Origin: an uncultured virus (IMG/VR IMGVR_UViG_3300012984_000011)
Lineage: Duplodnaviria; Heunggongvirae; Uroviricota; Caudoviricetes
Virus record (IMG/VR): IMGVR_UViG_3300012984_000011
Direction: 5' to 3' (one strand)
DNA: 64,000 nt
The notes under the pieces were generated by a model. That model did no database searches. It worked only from the letters and a program-made list of their open reading frames with translations, and was not told where the DNA came from. Positions within the stretch are counted from its first letter, which is position 1, and the number at the start of each line of letters is the position of its first letter. The position numbers and the translations under genes were made by a program. Shown here piece after piece: positions 9,442 through 19,012 of this stretch.

Positions 9442-9457
9442 TTGATTTCTCGTGTCT

Positions 9458-10069
9458 CTACACCGCCATTTTGGCGGCAATCTTCTCATAGGCGGTTTTC
9501 ATGCGGATAAACGTCTTCTGATCCCCACCACGATCAGGATGGTGTTGACTCGCCACCTCTCTCCAGCGCTTCTTGACCTCTTCCAATGTACAGGGCCACC
9601 TGAGTCCCAATACATTCAGTTGAGAAGTCAACACATTCTGGCGAATGCGTCGCTTTTGCTTTGAGTGTTGGGCCCCATAGGCTTCCCAAGCCGCTTGAGT
9701 GGGCTTGGGCACCGTCTCTTCCAACAAGTCTTCGATGTAGGACAACTGTTCCAGCAGCGCCTTGGTGATTATCGGATCCTCTATTCCGACTCGATTCAGA
9801 TCTTCGAATCGATTGCGAACTTCCCACCACCAAGCCGCCAACGCCACGTCAGTTTCGTCTTCCACACAACACTCCCTAATGGTACAGCTGGGATACCATA
9901 TAGGCTTATTTTGATGCACCACCGCTGGGGCTAGGGTGATTGGTTGGTTGATCCAATCATGGGGACATAACTGCTCCCCCATTTGACGGTTGGTCAATAG
10001 TTGCCGTCGAGTCCAACGTAGATGCATCAAAAACCTTCGGGAGCGGTCCAAGCCATATATTGGGTCCAA
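9458..10069 (-). CDS. J-domain (DnaJ-like) protein
   Basis: C-terminal VLGL...EVKKRWR...HHPDRGGD..F..MKTAYE. Confidence 0.85.
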   Translation of the reverse strand: MDPIYGLDRSRRFLMHLRWTRRQLLTNRQMGEQLCPHDWINQPITLAPAVVHQNKPIWYPSCTIRECCVEDETDVALAAWWWEVRNRFEDLNRVGIEDPIITKALLEQLSYIEDLLEETVPKPTQAAWEAYGAQHSKQKRRIRQNVLTSQLNVLGLRWPCTLEEVKKRWREVASQHHPDRGGDQKTFIRMKTAYEKIAAKMAV

Positions 10070-10518
10070 TCATTTGGACGTCCGTCAGGCACACAAGATA
10101 GGGCGTACTGAAGCAACGTATCCTTGAAGTCCAGCACGTATTCTTCTGGTGGTACTTCTGTGATGGTAGCTAACAGCGTCTTGGCCACTTCTTGGCGAAC
10201 CTTTCGCATGGCCCATTTCTCCCAGGCGTTTCGCGGTTCCGAGAAATCGAACACCTCACCATACTGGAGTGCCACATTGAATCCGTAGTCCTCCCCTGAA
10301 AGGAGCTGCCGGTTGTGGGCCTCCACACCTTTACGGCTAGAGTGTGGGACCCGCACATCCCACACCCTGGTGGTTTGACGCTTGTTTGGGTGCACCATCT
10401 CCGGTACCGCAACAGCAATCACTCGGTTGCCCCAAAATTGGACCAAGATCTGCTCCAACAATTCTTCAGCCAAGTCGGGTGTTAGGTGGGACTTCAGTTG
10501 AACTAGGGCTCGGGTCAT
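10027..10518 (-). CDS. Hypothetical protein
   Basis: 163 aa ORF in co-directional run. Confidence 0.55.
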   Translation of the reverse strand: MTRALVQLKSHLTPDLAEELLEQILVQFWGNRVIAVAVPEMVHPNKRQTTRVWDVRVPHSSRKGVEAHNRQLLSGEDYGFNVALQYGEVFDFSEPRNAWEKWAMRKVRQEVAKTLLATITEVPPEEYVLDFKDTLLQYALSCVPDGRPNDWTQYMAWTAPEGF

Positions 10519-10840
10519 GCTTCCTCGCTTCTATTTCGGCATAGACGTCAGGTGGAAGACCCTCCGACGGCACTGCCAGCATCGAACAGTTGGTCCTAGC
10601 TAGCTCTGCACCAGCTTGCATGGCACGTTCCAAAAACTCTTTCTTGCGCTCCTCTTTGGTGGGGGTTTTGAACCCTGGCAGAAACCAAACCCCCACTGTG
10701 GGGACGATTGCAGGCCGCCATGTAAGCCCGCAAGACTGACATGAATGGCTATGGTGAGGCTTGGTAGCAAACTCTCCTTCGTCGATATGACGGGCGTGGC
10801 ACAATGGGCACCAAAGCAACATAGGGATCGGGTCAGTCAT
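10466..10840 (-). CDS. Zn-ribbon hypothetical protein
   Basis: CPLC...HSHSCQSCG. Confidence 0.6.
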   Translation of the reverse strand: MTDPIPMLLWCPLCHARHIDEGEFATKPHHSHSCQSCGLTWRPAIVPTVGVWFLPGFKTPTKEERKKEFLERAMQAGAELARTNCSMLAVPSEGLPPDVYAEIEARKHDPSPSSTEVPPNTRLG

Positions 10841-11322
10841 GGGATCTCTTCATCCAAAAGTTGGTATCGGTTAGGGGTTTCGATTTGAGCAGGGGGTTCG
10901 ATGGGAGCCCAGATCAGATCAGCGTGTTGCCAAGTACAAGTGATACGACCCTCTGGGCCTGAGCGATTGTTATCCTGCACCGTAACCGAATGGCTGAAGT
11001 GTAGCTCGATCACCCGCCCCACAATGTTGTGATTGTTCTCCCCCACCCCTACCACCCAAGTCCCGATGGCGAAGCTCTCTTCCACCGCTTCTTGACCCAA
11101 ATAGCCAGTTCTGGCGAAGAACCTCAAGATGGGGACCAATTCTCTAGCCCGCTCCTGTGTAAGCAACATCCGGTGTCCTTTACCAGGCTCGGTTGGGCTG
11201 TGGCCTAGCCAGATGGCTGGCTCGGTAGCAAGAGAGGATTCCTGGATGCTACACACTCGACCATTTTGGTCTTGAAATTCTCCCCACAATGCTCCCTGAC
11301 CTATCACTTTAAAGGAGATCAT
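10837..11322 (-). CDS. Hypothetical phage protein
   Basis: CSIQESSLATEPAIWLG motif; ATG 11322 with GGTGTC variant motif 9 nt upstream. Confidence 0.6.
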   Translation of the reverse strand: MISFKVIGQGALWGEFQDQNGRVCSIQESSLATEPAIWLGHSPTEPGKGHRMLLTQERARELVPILRFFARTGYLGQEAVEESFAIGTWVVGVGENNHNIVGRVIELHFSHSVTVQDNNRSGPEGRITCTWQHADLIWAPIEPPAQIETPNRYQLLDEEIP

Positions 11323-11357
11323 CGAGGTATTGACACCGGCTGGTGTATGGTCAAGGA

Positions 11358-11834
11358 ATGAATCCCGTCTACGCTTTTCAACCAATCCCGCAAGATTCAA
11401 AAATATCCGTATTTCTGGCCGGTCCGACTCCTAGGACTGCTACACAAGTAGGTTGGCGGCCCGCCGCCTTGGAGATATTCCGACAACTAGCCTTCGATGG
11501 TCACGTTTTGATCCCAGAGGCTGAGGATGGGGTGTGGAAGAACGACTATGATGGCCAAGTCGAGTGGGAGGCAGAGGGGCTGACCCGCTGCACCGTCATC
11601 CTATTCTGGATCCCCAGAGATATGGCTGGTGGGATGCCAGCTTTGACGACCAATGACGAATGGGGGTATTGGAAGGCATCCGGCAAGGTAGTGCTGGGCA
11701 CCCCTCCATGGGCCGACAAGGTGTCGTATCAGCGCTATTACGCTAAGAAGCTTGGCGTGCCGTTGTCCGACACCCTGGAAGATACGATCAAGCAGGCGAT
11801 CTCATTAGCAGAACGACTCATCAAGTCTAAGTAA
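11358..11834 (+). CDS. Nucleoside 2-deoxyribosyltransferase-like protein
   Basis: VFLAGPTPR..W, QVEWE, FWIPR, TTNDEWG. Confidence 0.8.
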   Translation: MNPVYAFQPIPQDSKISVFLAGPTPRTATQVGWRPAALEIFRQLAFDGHVLIPEAEDGVWKNDYDGQVEWEAEGLTRCTVILFWIPRDMAGGMPALTTNDEWGYWKASGKVVLGTPPWADKVSYQRYYAKKLGVPLSDTLEDTIKQAISLAERLIKSK

Positions 11835-12647
11835 TTCCCATTGATTCAACTGCAATCCCAGTGTTTGCTGGGCCAGACCCAATAGTCGCTCGATTCCACC
11901 GATTTGGTCCGGATATTTGTGCTTAAAGTCTTTCAACAGACTTTTGAAAGCCAACGACACCCCATCGTCTATCGCTGGCTTTTCAGCAATACCACAAGCG
12001 AGGTGTCCGCTAAAATCCATATTTGGGATTTTCGCTATGAGGTACAATCCCAAGCGCCCAGGCCAATGGTGGACCTCCACTGTCCAGTGCTTCCTAAGCT
12101 TTAACTTTAGCCGTTCGTAGTGTTGTTTTTGCCTATCGTCTGCCGCCTTGTAGGCGTCGATTCTTCTCAGGGTCCGTTCCCAACTGAGACCTGCCGCCAA
12201 TAGTGTCTTGGGCATTCTTCGAACGATATCCCAATGGTAATTGACGTCATACTCATCGTATTCGTACGATGTGCGTTCCCAAGTGGGCGCTCTGAATTCC
12301 ACCAAGAATGGCTGACCGGGGGACAGACCGTTCACCATCGCAAACTCAATGAACTCCCATTCTCGGTTTTCCGAAGGGAGTTGCTCCAAGACCGAGTATT
12401 CGTCCTCGTACCAATCAGGGAATTCTATCGATTGGTACGATCCACAGGATCTGAACTGCAAAGTGCCGGAGTCCAGCACGATCTTAAACCACTGGTACAC
12501 AGTAGTACCCACAACGAAGTTCTGGAGGGGCCTCATCCATAAAGGTTGGACACGACGGATTCTCAAGGCTTCCTCCTCTTCCCGATCCTCCTTCTCGGAG
12601 AGGGCCCACCATTCATCCCACTCATCGTCATCATCAGACACGCCCAA
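11805..12647 (-). CDS. Hypothetical protein
   Basis: 280 aa ORF, acidic N-terminus. Confidence 0.6.
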   Translation of the reverse strand: MGVSDDDDEWDEWWALSEKEDREEEEALRIRRVQPLWMRPLQNFVVGTTVYQWFKIVLDSGTLQFRSCGSYQSIEFPDWYEDEYSVLEQLPSENREWEFIEFAMVNGLSPGQPFLVEFRAPTWERTSYEYDEYDVNYHWDIVRRMPKTLLAAGLSWERTLRRIDAYKAADDRQKQHYERLKLKLRKHWTVEVHHWPGRLGLYLIAKIPNMDFSGHLACGIAEKPAIDDGVSLAFKSLLKDFKHKYPDQIGGIERLLGLAQQTLGLQLNQWELLRLDESFC

Positions 12648-13386
12648 ACCTCTCTAGCAAGACCTGGTTGAACCGTCGAAAGGACGACTCAGGAGCGGTC
12701 AATTGCTCGATAGGCAGCCATGCCACCACTCCGGCTTCTTGAGTTTGGATCTCTCCTTCGAAGCCTGTTACTCGAAAGGTGGCACAACGATGCCCGTGAT
12801 CATCGGTGGCATCTAGGATCAGATGAGCGGCGGTGACGACAAGGCCCGTCTCCTCAAAGATCTCTCGCCGCATACATTGTTCGGCTGTCTCCCCCGGATC
12901 AAGACGTCCGCCTGGCAGACCGAAATCATTCGGGTTGTTTTTCCTCGATACGGCCAACACCTTATCTTTTGTTGGATGCCAAATCAGCCCCATAGCGGCA
13001 AACATTTGAGGGGCACCCGCGGCTTCCCAAGCGTTTTCAGGATAGTCGCACCAACACAAGCCATTTGATGAGCAGCAGACCCCACAAGGAACCAAATCGG
13101 TGGCTCGAAGATGGGCTGGCTGACAAGCTTTCTTCTGGAACTCCGGCAAGCTTTCTCCACAAAAAGGGCAATGGTAAACCCTGACAGAGGCGTCCTGATG
13201 CTGGATGGCCCAGACCAATCCCTGCCCGGGTTCTAGCTCAATGGCGTAAGGAGTTTGGGTCGACTTTAGGCAACATAAAGGTGTGGGGTAACCCGCCCAC
13301 CTTTCCTCATTACGAAACCGTATCAAACGGGCAGTCAGCTGATCCTTTTGGTCAGAATTTCTAAGTTGCTCCCATAGAGTTGTCAT
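12634..13386 (-). CDS. NUDIX hydrolase with Cys-rich N-terminal domain
   Basis: Nudix box GGRLDPGETAEQCMRREIFEETGL. Confidence 0.85.
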   Translation of the reverse strand: MTTLWEQLRNSDQKDQLTARLIRFRNEERWAGYPTPLCCLKSTQTPYAIELEPGQGLVWAIQHQDASVRVYHCPFCGESLPEFQKKACQPAHLRATDLVPCGVCCSSNGLCWCDYPENAWEAAGAPQMFAAMGLIWHPTKDKVLAVSRKNNPNDFGLPGGRLDPGETAEQCMRREIFEETGLVVTAAHLILDATDDHGHRCATFRVTGFEGEIQTQEAGVVAWLPIEQLTAPESSFRRFNQVLLERFGRV

Positions 13387-13414
13387 GTAGAGCTCTACAC
13401 CGAGGTGGTTATGT

Positions 13415-14626
13415 CTAGGGGGTGCCCTTTGTTTGCGGAACCTCTTCGGGACCCCCACTCTTCTTTTCTTTCCCTGGTTTTTTGCCAGAAAGCCGCTTCA
13501 TCTGCTTGATCGTGTCCAGCACCTCATCTACCGTCTCGCATTGAAGTTGGACCGCTATTTCTCGCAAGTAGGCGGGCGTCAATCCAACCGTCGCTTGTGC
13601 CAATTTCCTGAGATTGACCCCCACTTGAGCCCCAAACTCGTCCAAATAGCCTCGAAGAATCGCCTCACGTTCCTCGATCGAAGGGTCCTCAAACTCGATT
13701 ATTTTGTCGACTCGGCCAGGACGGAGGAAGGCTGGATCAAAGGAATCCAAGCTGTTGGCAGTCAACACACAGGTGACCGACTTGTGCTGATCCTTGATCT
13801 TCGACATCACCGCCAACAATAGGGGGATAGTCTTGTTGTCCGAGACACGATCGATATCGTCCAGGATGAGGAACGTGGGCTTCATTCCGCTGATTAGGAA
13901 ACCAATGTCGATCGCCCCTGCAGCCGTCATCCCCTCGGTACCGATCCGAAGCGTTCGATTGCCACATGCTTGTGACAAGCGGGTAGCAAAGGTCGACTTA
14001 CCTCCACCCTGTTTGCCAATGTAGAGGTAGGTTCGGGGGAACCCCCTGTCGACATAGCTCTTGTGGAGCTCCAGTGCCTTATTGAAGCGTTCTTGAGCCG
14101 CTCCCAGTAAAGGGTCGGTGGTGAAGGACAACTCCTCATACGAGGCTTTTACACGCTCGCGTTCAATCTTTAGCGAGATGTCGATGCCACCCTCGTAGAT
14201 GGCCCACATCCTCTCCAGCGCTTTTTCGAAATTGAATCCTGGGCTGAACCAGAAATCACTGCTGGGTTCCGGCTTACCACCCCAACGATACTCAATGAAG
14301 TAGAGGGTGCCTATTTCTTGGTCTTCGGCGATCACAATATCACAGTAGTCGGAGACCGACACCTTCTTGATCCGGAAGCTGTCCTTCAGGGAGGTCCTGT
14401 AGAACAGGTCTACGAACTGGGCGTTCTCCTTATTTTCTGCCGATATTTTCGAGAAGAAAGACGAAAGGGCCGTATCTTTGGCCAAATTCTTGTCAAGCGA
14501 ATCCGCAATACTCATCAGTTTGATGAAAATATTGAGGGCCGAGTCCCCAGGCTGCGGCAGCTTGGGAAGTATTTCGGTAGAGAAAGTGAGGATACGCTTT
14601 CGAACTATCTTCCAGTCGATTGGCAT
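13415..14626 (-). CDS. AAA+ ATPase
   Basis: GKQGGGKS, LILDDID, TAN, DPAFLRPGRVD second region of homology. Confidence 0.88.
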   Translation of the reverse strand: MPIDWKIVRKRILTFSTEILPKLPQPGDSALNIFIKLMSIADSLDKNLAKDTALSSFFSKISAENKENAQFVDLFYRTSLKDSFRIKKVSVSDYCDIVIAEDQEIGTLYFIEYRWGGKPEPSSDFWFSPGFNFEKALERMWAIYEGGIDISLKIERERVKASYEELSFTTDPLLGAAQERFNKALELHKSYVDRGFPRTYLYIGKQGGGKSTFATRLSQACGNRTLRIGTEGMTAAGAIDIGFLISGMKPTFLILDDIDRVSDNKTIPLLLAVMSKIKDQHKSVTCVLTANSLDSFDPAFLRPGRVDKIIEFEDPSIEEREAILRGYLDEFGAQVGVNLRKLAQATVGLTPAYLREIAVQLQCETVDEVLDTIKQMKRLSGKKPGKEKKSGGPEEVPQTKGTP

Positions 14627-14641
14627 GCCCCCACTACACCA

Positions 14642-14956
14642 TCAGGCTTGGCCAACGGTAGCGTTTTTGCCAAACACTTGATCCCAACCCGTCCTGTACG
14701 CTGGGCTGGTCACCATGGCGGGGCCAGTTCGACCAGGCTCGTAACTGTCCGTCACATCGTAGATATCGTCCTGACGATGAGACAGAGACAATACCGCTGC
14801 ATTTGAAGGTATCGGCCGGCCTTCCACCATGGGTTGGACCAACACTTGCTCAACCGAATTGTCCTGCCGATAACGGACGCCTACGTGGGTGCCGTCTTCC
14901 GACACTTTGGGGCCTAGTTGGATGAAATCGTTAGCATTGTTGCATTTTTCGGTCAT
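14642..14956 (-). CDS. Hypothetical protein
   Basis: ORF with TTAA-N17-CGT motif upstream. Confidence 0.65.
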   Translation of the reverse strand: MTEKCNNANDFIQLGPKVSEDGTHVGVRYRQDNSVEQVLVQPMVEGRPIPSNAAVLSLSHRQDDIYDVTDSYEPGRTGPAMVTSPAYRTGWDQVFGKNATVGQA

Positions 14957-14963
14957 ATGGGTC

Positions 14964-15014
14964 CTAACGGCCAGTTGCCATTTTGCTTAACATCCGAAAC
15001 GACGATCCGTTCTA
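14964..15014. promoter_or_regulatory. Bidirectional TTAA-N17-CGT element
   Basis: Palindromic TTAA at 14987-14990 lies exactly 17 nt from a CGT box on each strand. Confidence 0.6.
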
Positions 15015-15020
15015 ACTGCC

Positions 15021-15293
15021 ATGAAGATCATCAGGTCGGTAGCATACCGACATTTTCTATTGACAGCATACGTGGAAATTGTCGGTTTGACGAAATATGA
15101 GGCCTATACGGCTGCAACTCAAGTCAGCTCAGTGTTGAGTAAAGAGTTGGCGGATGCCGAAGTGTTACCGCCTCGCTACAAAGGTCAAGGAGCGGAAGGT
15201 CGCCACATCTTCTTAATCCCAACAGTGATCGCCAAATGTCCCAATAGGGCCAAGGCTCTGATTGCTCGATTGGTGCTTGCCGGTAGCTTGTAG
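15021..15293 (+). CDS. Hypothetical protein
   Basis: ATG 6 nt after CGTTCTA. Confidence 0.55.
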   Translation: MKIIRSVAYRHFLLTAYVEIVGLTKYEAYTAATQVSSVLSKELADAEVLPPRYKGQGAEGRHIFLIPTVIAKCPNRAKALIARLVLAGSL

Positions 15294-15334
15294 ACGATTC
15301 TTCCCGTATAGGTGACTTCGGTGTAGTGGGGGCT

Positions 15335-15913
15335 ATGCCGAAAGCCAAACGATACACTTACGATTACCCCATGGTGGGACACACAGTGGACGCTGTGGTG
15401 TTTGGGGTCAATACAGCTCAAGCTTCAGAAGCGCTGCATCTCCTGCTCATCCAGCGAGGAGATGACCCTTTCAAAGATTCTTGGGCTCTTCCTGGGGGTT
15501 ATGTACATATCGATGAAGAAGCCGTAGACGCGGTCTCTCGTGAGCTCAAAGAAGAGACTACGGTCGATCTGAAACTCAGTCCACTGGGAGCCTTCTCTGG
15601 GGTGGGTCGCGATCCTAGGGGTCGAGTCATCAGTGAAGCGTTCATGACCTTGGTCTGTCTCGACCGTCTGACGATCGAGGGGCGTGATGATGCCAAAGAA
15701 GCTAGGTGGTTTTCCACCAAAGACTTGCCCCAATTGGCTTTCGATCACCACAAAATCATCACGATGGCCTTCAGTCATCTTGAGACTCAACTCGTCCATC
15801 CATCCCTAGATTGGGGACGTCTGTTGAGAGGGTTTCAGATCGAAGAACTGCCTTCGGTGTATGGGGCCATTCAAGAGACTCTCAAATTCTCTCAGTTTGA
15901 GCGATTCCAATGA
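15335..15913 (+). CDS. NrtR-like NUDIX hydrolase (ADP-ribose pyrophosphatase family)
   Basis: TVDAVVFG, WALPGG..RELKEET, RDPRGRVIS, DDAKEARWF, LAFDH. Confidence 0.85.
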   Translation: MPKAKRYTYDYPMVGHTVDAVVFGVNTAQASEALHLLLIQRGDDPFKDSWALPGGYVHIDEEAVDAVSRELKEETTVDLKLSPLGAFSGVGRDPRGRVISEAFMTLVCLDRLTIEGRDDAKEARWFSTKDLPQLAFDHHKIITMAFSHLETQLVHPSLDWGRLLRGFQIEELPSVYGAIQETLKFSQFERFQ

Positions 15914-15941
15914 ACACACATACGAACATGAAAGAGACAAA

Positions 15942-16748
15942 ATGCTAAACGTACAGGTAATCTGCATCGACGATCAGAACGATTTCACCAACCCCAATGG
16001 CGCCCTTTATGTCAAGGGTGGTGATGAAAACGTCAAACGTGGGGCCAAGATGATCGAACGCCTCACCGACAAAATCTCGGACATCCACGTCACCCTGGAT
16101 TCCCACAACATCATCGACATCAGCCATCCCCGCTGGTGGGTTGATGCCAACAACCACCAGGTGGCCCCCTTCACCATGATCACATCAGCTGACATGGAAT
16201 CAGGCAAATACAACACCTACAAGCAAGGGGCTCGTGAGCGTAGCCTCGCTTACCTCAAGGCGTTGGAGGCCACCAAGCGCTACCCACACGTCATTTGGCC
16301 GGAGCATTGCATCATCGGCGATGAGGGCCACAACCTGAACCCCGTCCTTTCCGCTGCCATTCACGGTTGGGAGCGCAAGCGTTACGCCTTCAAGGATACG
16401 GTCACCAAGGGATCCAATCCTTGGACCGAACACTTCAGTGCCGTCCAAGCTGAGGTTCCGGATCCGGATGACGTCAGCACTCAGCTGAACGAGCCGTTGG
16501 TCAAGACTTTGAGTGAGGCCGACATGGTGATCTGGATCGGAGAAGCGCTTAGCCATTGTGTGGCCAACACTTTCCGAGACGTGGTCAACTCAGCCTTCTT
16601 CAAGGACCCAGAATTGGTCAAGAAGATGGTGCTTTGTGTCGACGCCACCTCGAACGTCCCCTCGTTCGAGAAATATGGTGAGGACTTCCTCAAGGAAATG
16701 CGTGGTCGTGGCGTGACGCTCACTACCACAGTGGACGTTCTTTCCTGA
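15942..16748 (+). CDS. Nicotinamidase/isochorismatase-family cysteine hydrolase
   Basis: IDDQNDF, TLDSH, WPEHC, KG, GEALSHCV. Confidence 0.85.
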   Translation: MLNVQVICIDDQNDFTNPNGALYVKGGDENVKRGAKMIERLTDKISDIHVTLDSHNIIDISHPRWWVDANNHQVAPFTMITSADMESGKYNTYKQGARERSLAYLKALEATKRYPHVIWPEHCIIGDEGHNLNPVLSAAIHGWERKRYAFKDTVTKGSNPWTEHFSAVQAEVPDPDDVSTQLNEPLVKTLSEADMVIWIGEALSHCVANTFRDVVNSAFFKDPELVKKMVLCVDATSNVPSFEKYGEDFLKEMRGRGVTLTTTVDVLS

Positions 16749-16777
16749 ACACCTGACAACAGCACAAGGACAACAAA

Positions 16778-17521
16778 ATGCCTATTTTCAATGACGACGA
16801 CGCGGCATCCTTCAAGACCAATGGGTCTGGATTCCAATTCTCTGGCATCAAGCCAACCTCTCTGGGAGCCTCCGAATACACGATCGTCACCATCTTGGTT
16901 GACGTGAGCAGCAGCGTGGCGCCCTTCGCCAAGGACCTCGAAGAGACCATCAAATCCACCATCAAGAGCTGCCAAGACTCCCCGCGGAGGGACAATCTTC
17001 TGTTGCGGGTAGTGAAGTTCAACAGTCATATCGAGGAACTGCATGGCTTTCGTCCTCTGATGGACTGCCAAGTCGACAAGTACGACAACGTACTGCGCCC
17101 AGGCGGCACCACGCACCTGTACGACGCCAGCGTGAATGTGATCGACGCCTTGGCGACGTACGGCAAGAAGTTGGTGGACGAGGAATACGACGTCAACGGC
17201 TTGGTGGTGATCATCACAGACGGAGAGGACTACACCTCCACCTTGACCCGCAAATCGGTCAAGGAAGCGTTGGGTCGAGCTATGTCGACCGAGGCGATGG
17301 AATCGTTGGTCAGCATCTTGATCGGCATCAATGTTCAAGATCCTAGAATCGGCGCCTACCTGCAGAGTTTCAAGGATGAAGCCGACATCCGCGAATACGT
17401 TGAAGCGGCCGATGCCACCCCGAAGACGCTCGCCAAGGTGGCCAATTTCGTTTCCAAATCGATCTCCAGCCAGTCACAATCGTTGAAGTCTGGCCAAGCC
17501 AGTCAACCGATCAACTTCTGA
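16778..17521 (+). CDS. TerY-like vWA domain protein
   Basis: MIDAS DVSSS, GGTTHLYDA, ITDGED; RBS AAGGA. Confidence 0.85.
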   Translation: MPIFNDDDAASFKTNGSGFQFSGIKPTSLGASEYTIVTILVDVSSSVAPFAKDLEETIKSTIKSCQDSPRRDNLLLRVVKFNSHIEELHGFRPLMDCQVDKYDNVLRPGGTTHLYDASVNVIDALATYGKKLVDEEYDVNGLVVIITDGEDYTSTLTRKSVKEALGRAMSTEAMESLVSILIGINVQDPRIGAYLQSFKDEADIREYVEAADATPKTLAKVANFVSKSISSQSQSLKSGQASQPINF

Positions 17522-17528
17522 TCCAAAA

Positions 17529-17564
17529 GAAGGGCCCCTGGGGAACGAACCTCGGGGGCCCTTC
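17529..17564. terminator. GC-rich stem-loop after vWA gene
   Basis: GAAGGGCCCC...GGGGCCCTTC; U-tract only on the minus strand. Confidence 0.5.
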
Positions 17565-17574
17565 AAGGGCTCCT

Positions 17575-17949
17575 ATGGCCGACCAAATCACATTCGCAGA
17601 GACTTTGGGCGACGACACCTTCGCCAGAGCCGTATGGGCAGCCCTGTGCGAAGATCGCTCCATTTTCGAGAAGTTGGGGATCACCGCCACTAGCCCAAGG
17701 GATCAAATCCTTACGGTCGAGTGCAAGATAGACGGTATTGAAGTCTCGCTCAGAGATTACTTCGAACGGCTTGAGAAACAGATGACCTGGCGTGTGGAAC
17801 ATCGGGCCAAGGAGATGCTCTCAGAATATCTGAGAGAACGGGATGTCCACAGCCGTCTCGACACGATGAACACCATTCTAGAGAAGTTCGAAAAACAGCT
17901 GATTTCTGAGTTCTTCCCCAACGATCCGGAGTTTTCTAATGACGACTGA
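17575..17949 (+). CDS. Hypothetical protein
   Basis: 124 aa ORF in cluster. Confidence 0.6.
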   Translation: MADQITFAETLGDDTFARAVWAALCEDRSIFEKLGITATSPRDQILTVECKIDGIEVSLRDYFERLEKQMTWRVEHRAKEMLSEYLRERDVHSRLDTMNTILEKFEKQLISEFFPNDPEFSNDD

Positions 17950-18796
17950 CTATTACTTCCGTATGGGGTCGTCCCACACAATCTGTCAGGACTACTGTAT
18001 CGCCGGCTCGGAGACGTTTCAACACGGGGATTCATCGGACACGGTCGAGTATGCGGTACTTTCCGATGGTTGCTCAGGAGAGCCAGACCCTGCCAAGCCT
18101 GGCAGCCCCTACACGGACTTTGGAGCCCGAATCTTGGTGCGAGCCGCCCAACGTCAGATTCGAGACATCCCGTATCTAGGGTATCCTCAAGAACGCATCA
18201 TTTCTGACGCTGAGGCAGGTGTGAGAGCTTTAGGCCTCCCCTCGTACGCCTTGGACGCCACACTTTTGATGGCGACCTACAGCGGAGATTTTGCCAGAGT
18301 TTTCTGGCATGGGGACGGTGTGGTGGTCAGTCGAGACCGCACCACAGGCAACTTTGATTACCACGTTCGCACGTTTGGGCAAAATATGCCGTATTACTTG
18401 CGATACACCACGAACCTGGATCGAGAGATGTTCTACCAGGATCAAGCCAAGGTAATGACGACCACTTACGGCTGGCTAAAGGATGGGGTCTGGAATCGGA
18501 ACACCGAGACCAAAAATCTGTCAAGCTTGTCGAAAGCCGAGCTTGGCTGGAATCGAGTGTACGGCAAAGCCTCTACAGATCTGGTGATCCTTTTTTCCGA
18601 TGGGGTTGAGTCGTTCATTGATCGAAATGGCGATCTGGTCCCATTGGAGACAGTCCTGACTGAGCTACTAAAGTTCAAGGGCCTGACGGGTGAGTTCATC
18701 CAGCGAAGATGCAATCGATTCCTCCAGAAGTTCTGTCAAGAGACCGGCTGGAAACACTCCGACGATTTCTCGATGACAGGCATCCACCTGGAGTAG
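17939..18796 (+). CDS. PP2C-like protein phosphatase
   Basis: G.SH..CQD, LSDGCS, GDG, FSDG, HSDD. Confidence 0.85.
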   Translation: MTTDYYFRMGSSHTICQDYCIAGSETFQHGDSSDTVEYAVLSDGCSGEPDPAKPGSPYTDFGARILVRAAQRQIRDIPYLGYPQERIISDAEAGVRALGLPSYALDATLLMATYSGDFARVFWHGDGVVVSRDRTTGNFDYHVRTFGQNMPYYLRYTTNLDREMFYQDQAKVMTTTYGWLKDGVWNRNTETKNLSSLSKAELGWNRVYGKASTDLVILFSDGVESFIDRNGDLVPLETVLTELLKFKGLTGEFIQRRCNRFLQKFCQETGWKHSDDFSMTGIHLE

Positions 18797-18799
18797 CTA

Positions 18800-19012
18800 A
18801 TGTCCGAATCTGTAGGTATCACAATCTATGTGGTGGGCTATATCGTCAGTCTCGTGTTGGCAGGAGTCGTTAAGAGTCCTGACGATAACGACTTCCTAGA
18901 GACTTGTGTGATAATGCTGGCTTGGCCCATTCTGATAGGGGGGTTGGTGGCGTTTGGGTTCTGTCTTATCTTTGTCTTTTTTGGTCAATTTCTTAGGCGT
19001 AAGTTGTCATGA
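18800..19012 (+). CDS. Small two-TM membrane protein
   Basis: Two hydrophobic helices; stop overlaps kinase ATG. Confidence 0.55.
   Translation: MSESVGITIYVVGYIVSLVLAGVVKSPDDNDFLETCVIMLAWPILIGGLVAFGFCLIFVFFGQFLRRKLS

Noticed and set aside
16481..17338. 285-aa minus-strand ORF
   Set aside because: Antisense to the nicotinamidase and vWA genes
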